Assembly (NCBI GenBank): GCA_046582655.1
Contig: JAYGDX010000014.1
Span: forward strand, 1-64,000
DNA length: 64,000 nt
Reading direction: 5' to 3'
Source: Candidatus Poribacteria bacterium
GTDB lineage: Bacteria; Poribacteria; WGA-4E; UBA9662
Shown in pieces: positions 62,942-64,000 of this stretch. Position 1 is the stretch's first letter. Each line of letters opens with the position of its first letter. Both the position numbers and the translations under genes were made by a program. The notes under the pieces were generated by a model. That model made no database searches and was not told where the DNA came from. It saw nothing but the letters and a program-made list of their open reading frames with translations.

Positions 62942-63997
62942 TTACCAATCTGGTTTCCCAACGTAAAGGGACCGATTTTCCATTGGTAGCTGTATACGCA
63001 GTCCTCCTAAACGGTGAGACTCAATTATGCCTATCAGCATCTCCATGCCGCGACGGGCAAGCTGAATCGATCCCTGTGTTTCATGACCTGTATCTAGTGC
63101 ATCAGCAATATTCTTAATGCCCATGATGGTTCCGGTTTGGCGTGAGACATCGGGAAATGGATACTCCTCTAATATACTTGGGTGTTCGCCTTGTTTTCGA
63201 AACTGGCAGGCCATACCATTGTTGAGCGTTCGTAACTTCCCTTTGGTTCCGCATACTTCAAACTCGGGTCCGGTTCCTGCCGTATTGTAACCGTGGATAC
63301 CGTTAGTAAAATGAGCATAGCCGCTGGTTATAGCTGGATCTATGTTTAATCGATTATTGTCCCAATCCTCGTCCTTACATATGATTGATCCTTGGACGAA
63401 GTCAATCTCTGGATCTCCAGCCAAGTACAGTAGCATATCTGCCGCGTGAGTTAACCCCCACAAGGCGGAAGTAGCTCCATATTGGGCAATAACGCACCGA
63501 ACGTCACCAATCTCACCGGCCTCAATCAGTTCCCGCATCTGCCGGTAAAATGGCATGTATCGCCGTTGGGTACCATAATTGAATTTGACATTGTTCGCTT
63601 CAATAGCTTCCACCATGGCATCAGCCTCTTCCACCGAGCAACAGAGAGGTTTTTCACAGTAAATGCCCTTGACACCATATTGGGCGGCGAAGACGGTAAT
63701 TTCGGCACGCGAAGCTGGACGAGTGGCCACACATACAATATCAGGTTCTTCAGCTTCGATCATTTCACGATAATCAGTATAGCAACGTGATGCTTCATAG
63801 CGTTGGCGGATTGCTTCCGCTTTCTCTGGTAGCACATCAGATACAGCGACCAATTCTGTTTGGTCACAGGCAACACAAGCAGCTGCATGGGAAAAAGGAA
63901 GCCAAAGAGAGCTATCAGGACGGTCGCGGACTTCGTCATCGATTGTGGCTCCCATTCTTCCACATCCAACTAGGCAGGCTTTATATTGGGTTGACAT
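62942..63997 (-). CDS. Gfo/Idh/MocA oxidoreductase
   Basis: LVGCGRMG, IYCEKP, GTQRRY, THAAD. Confidence 0.9.
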   Translation of the reverse strand: MSTQYKACLVGCGRMGATIDDEVRDRPDSSLWLPFSHAAACVACDQTELVAVSDVLPEKAEAIRQRYEASRCYTDYREMIEAEEPDIVCVATRPASRAEITVFAAQYGVKGIYCEKPLCCSVEEADAMVEAIEANNVKFNYGTQRRYMPFYRQMRELIEAGEIGDVRCVIAQYGATSALWGLTHAADMLLYLAGDPEIDFVQGSIICKDEDWDNNRLNIDPAITSGYAHFTNGIHGYNTAGTGPEFEVCGTKGKLRTLNNGMACQFRKQGEHPSILEEYPFPDVSRQTGTIMGIKNIADALDTGHETQGSIQLARRGMEMLIGIIESHRLGGLRIQLPMENRSLYVGKPDW

Positions 63998-64000
63998 GGT

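Overview
Bacterial chromosomal window with no rRNA, tRNA or CRISPR array that I can see. The gene content suggests a Candidatus Poribacteria-like marine heterotroph (inference): eight PhyH-type Fe(II)/2-oxoglutarate dioxygenases, four xylose-isomerase-like TIM barrels, three Gfo/Idh/MocA oxidoreductases, glycoside hydrolases, LamG proteins, and five secreted proteins sharing a C-terminal V-x(4-6)-L-x3-W-[GA]-x-[LI]-K tail. It also holds rarA, an M16C peptidase, a LolA-like/ABC/beta-barrel export cluster and a higher-GC planctomycete-type WD40/DUF1501/PPC/DUF1549-1553 cassette behind a perfect sigma70 promoter. Best leads: (1) a deiodinase-like selenoprotein split in the ORF track by an in-frame UGA (FGSFT-U-PPF) with a candidate SECIS; (2) a tandem pair of PhyH paralogues, one with the hydroxylase H-x-D motif and one with a halogenase-type H-x-G motif; (3) the shared C-terminal tail as a putative protein-sorting signal. 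Several genes are broken by an IS5 insertion, frameshifts, a nonsense codon or a deletion scar.
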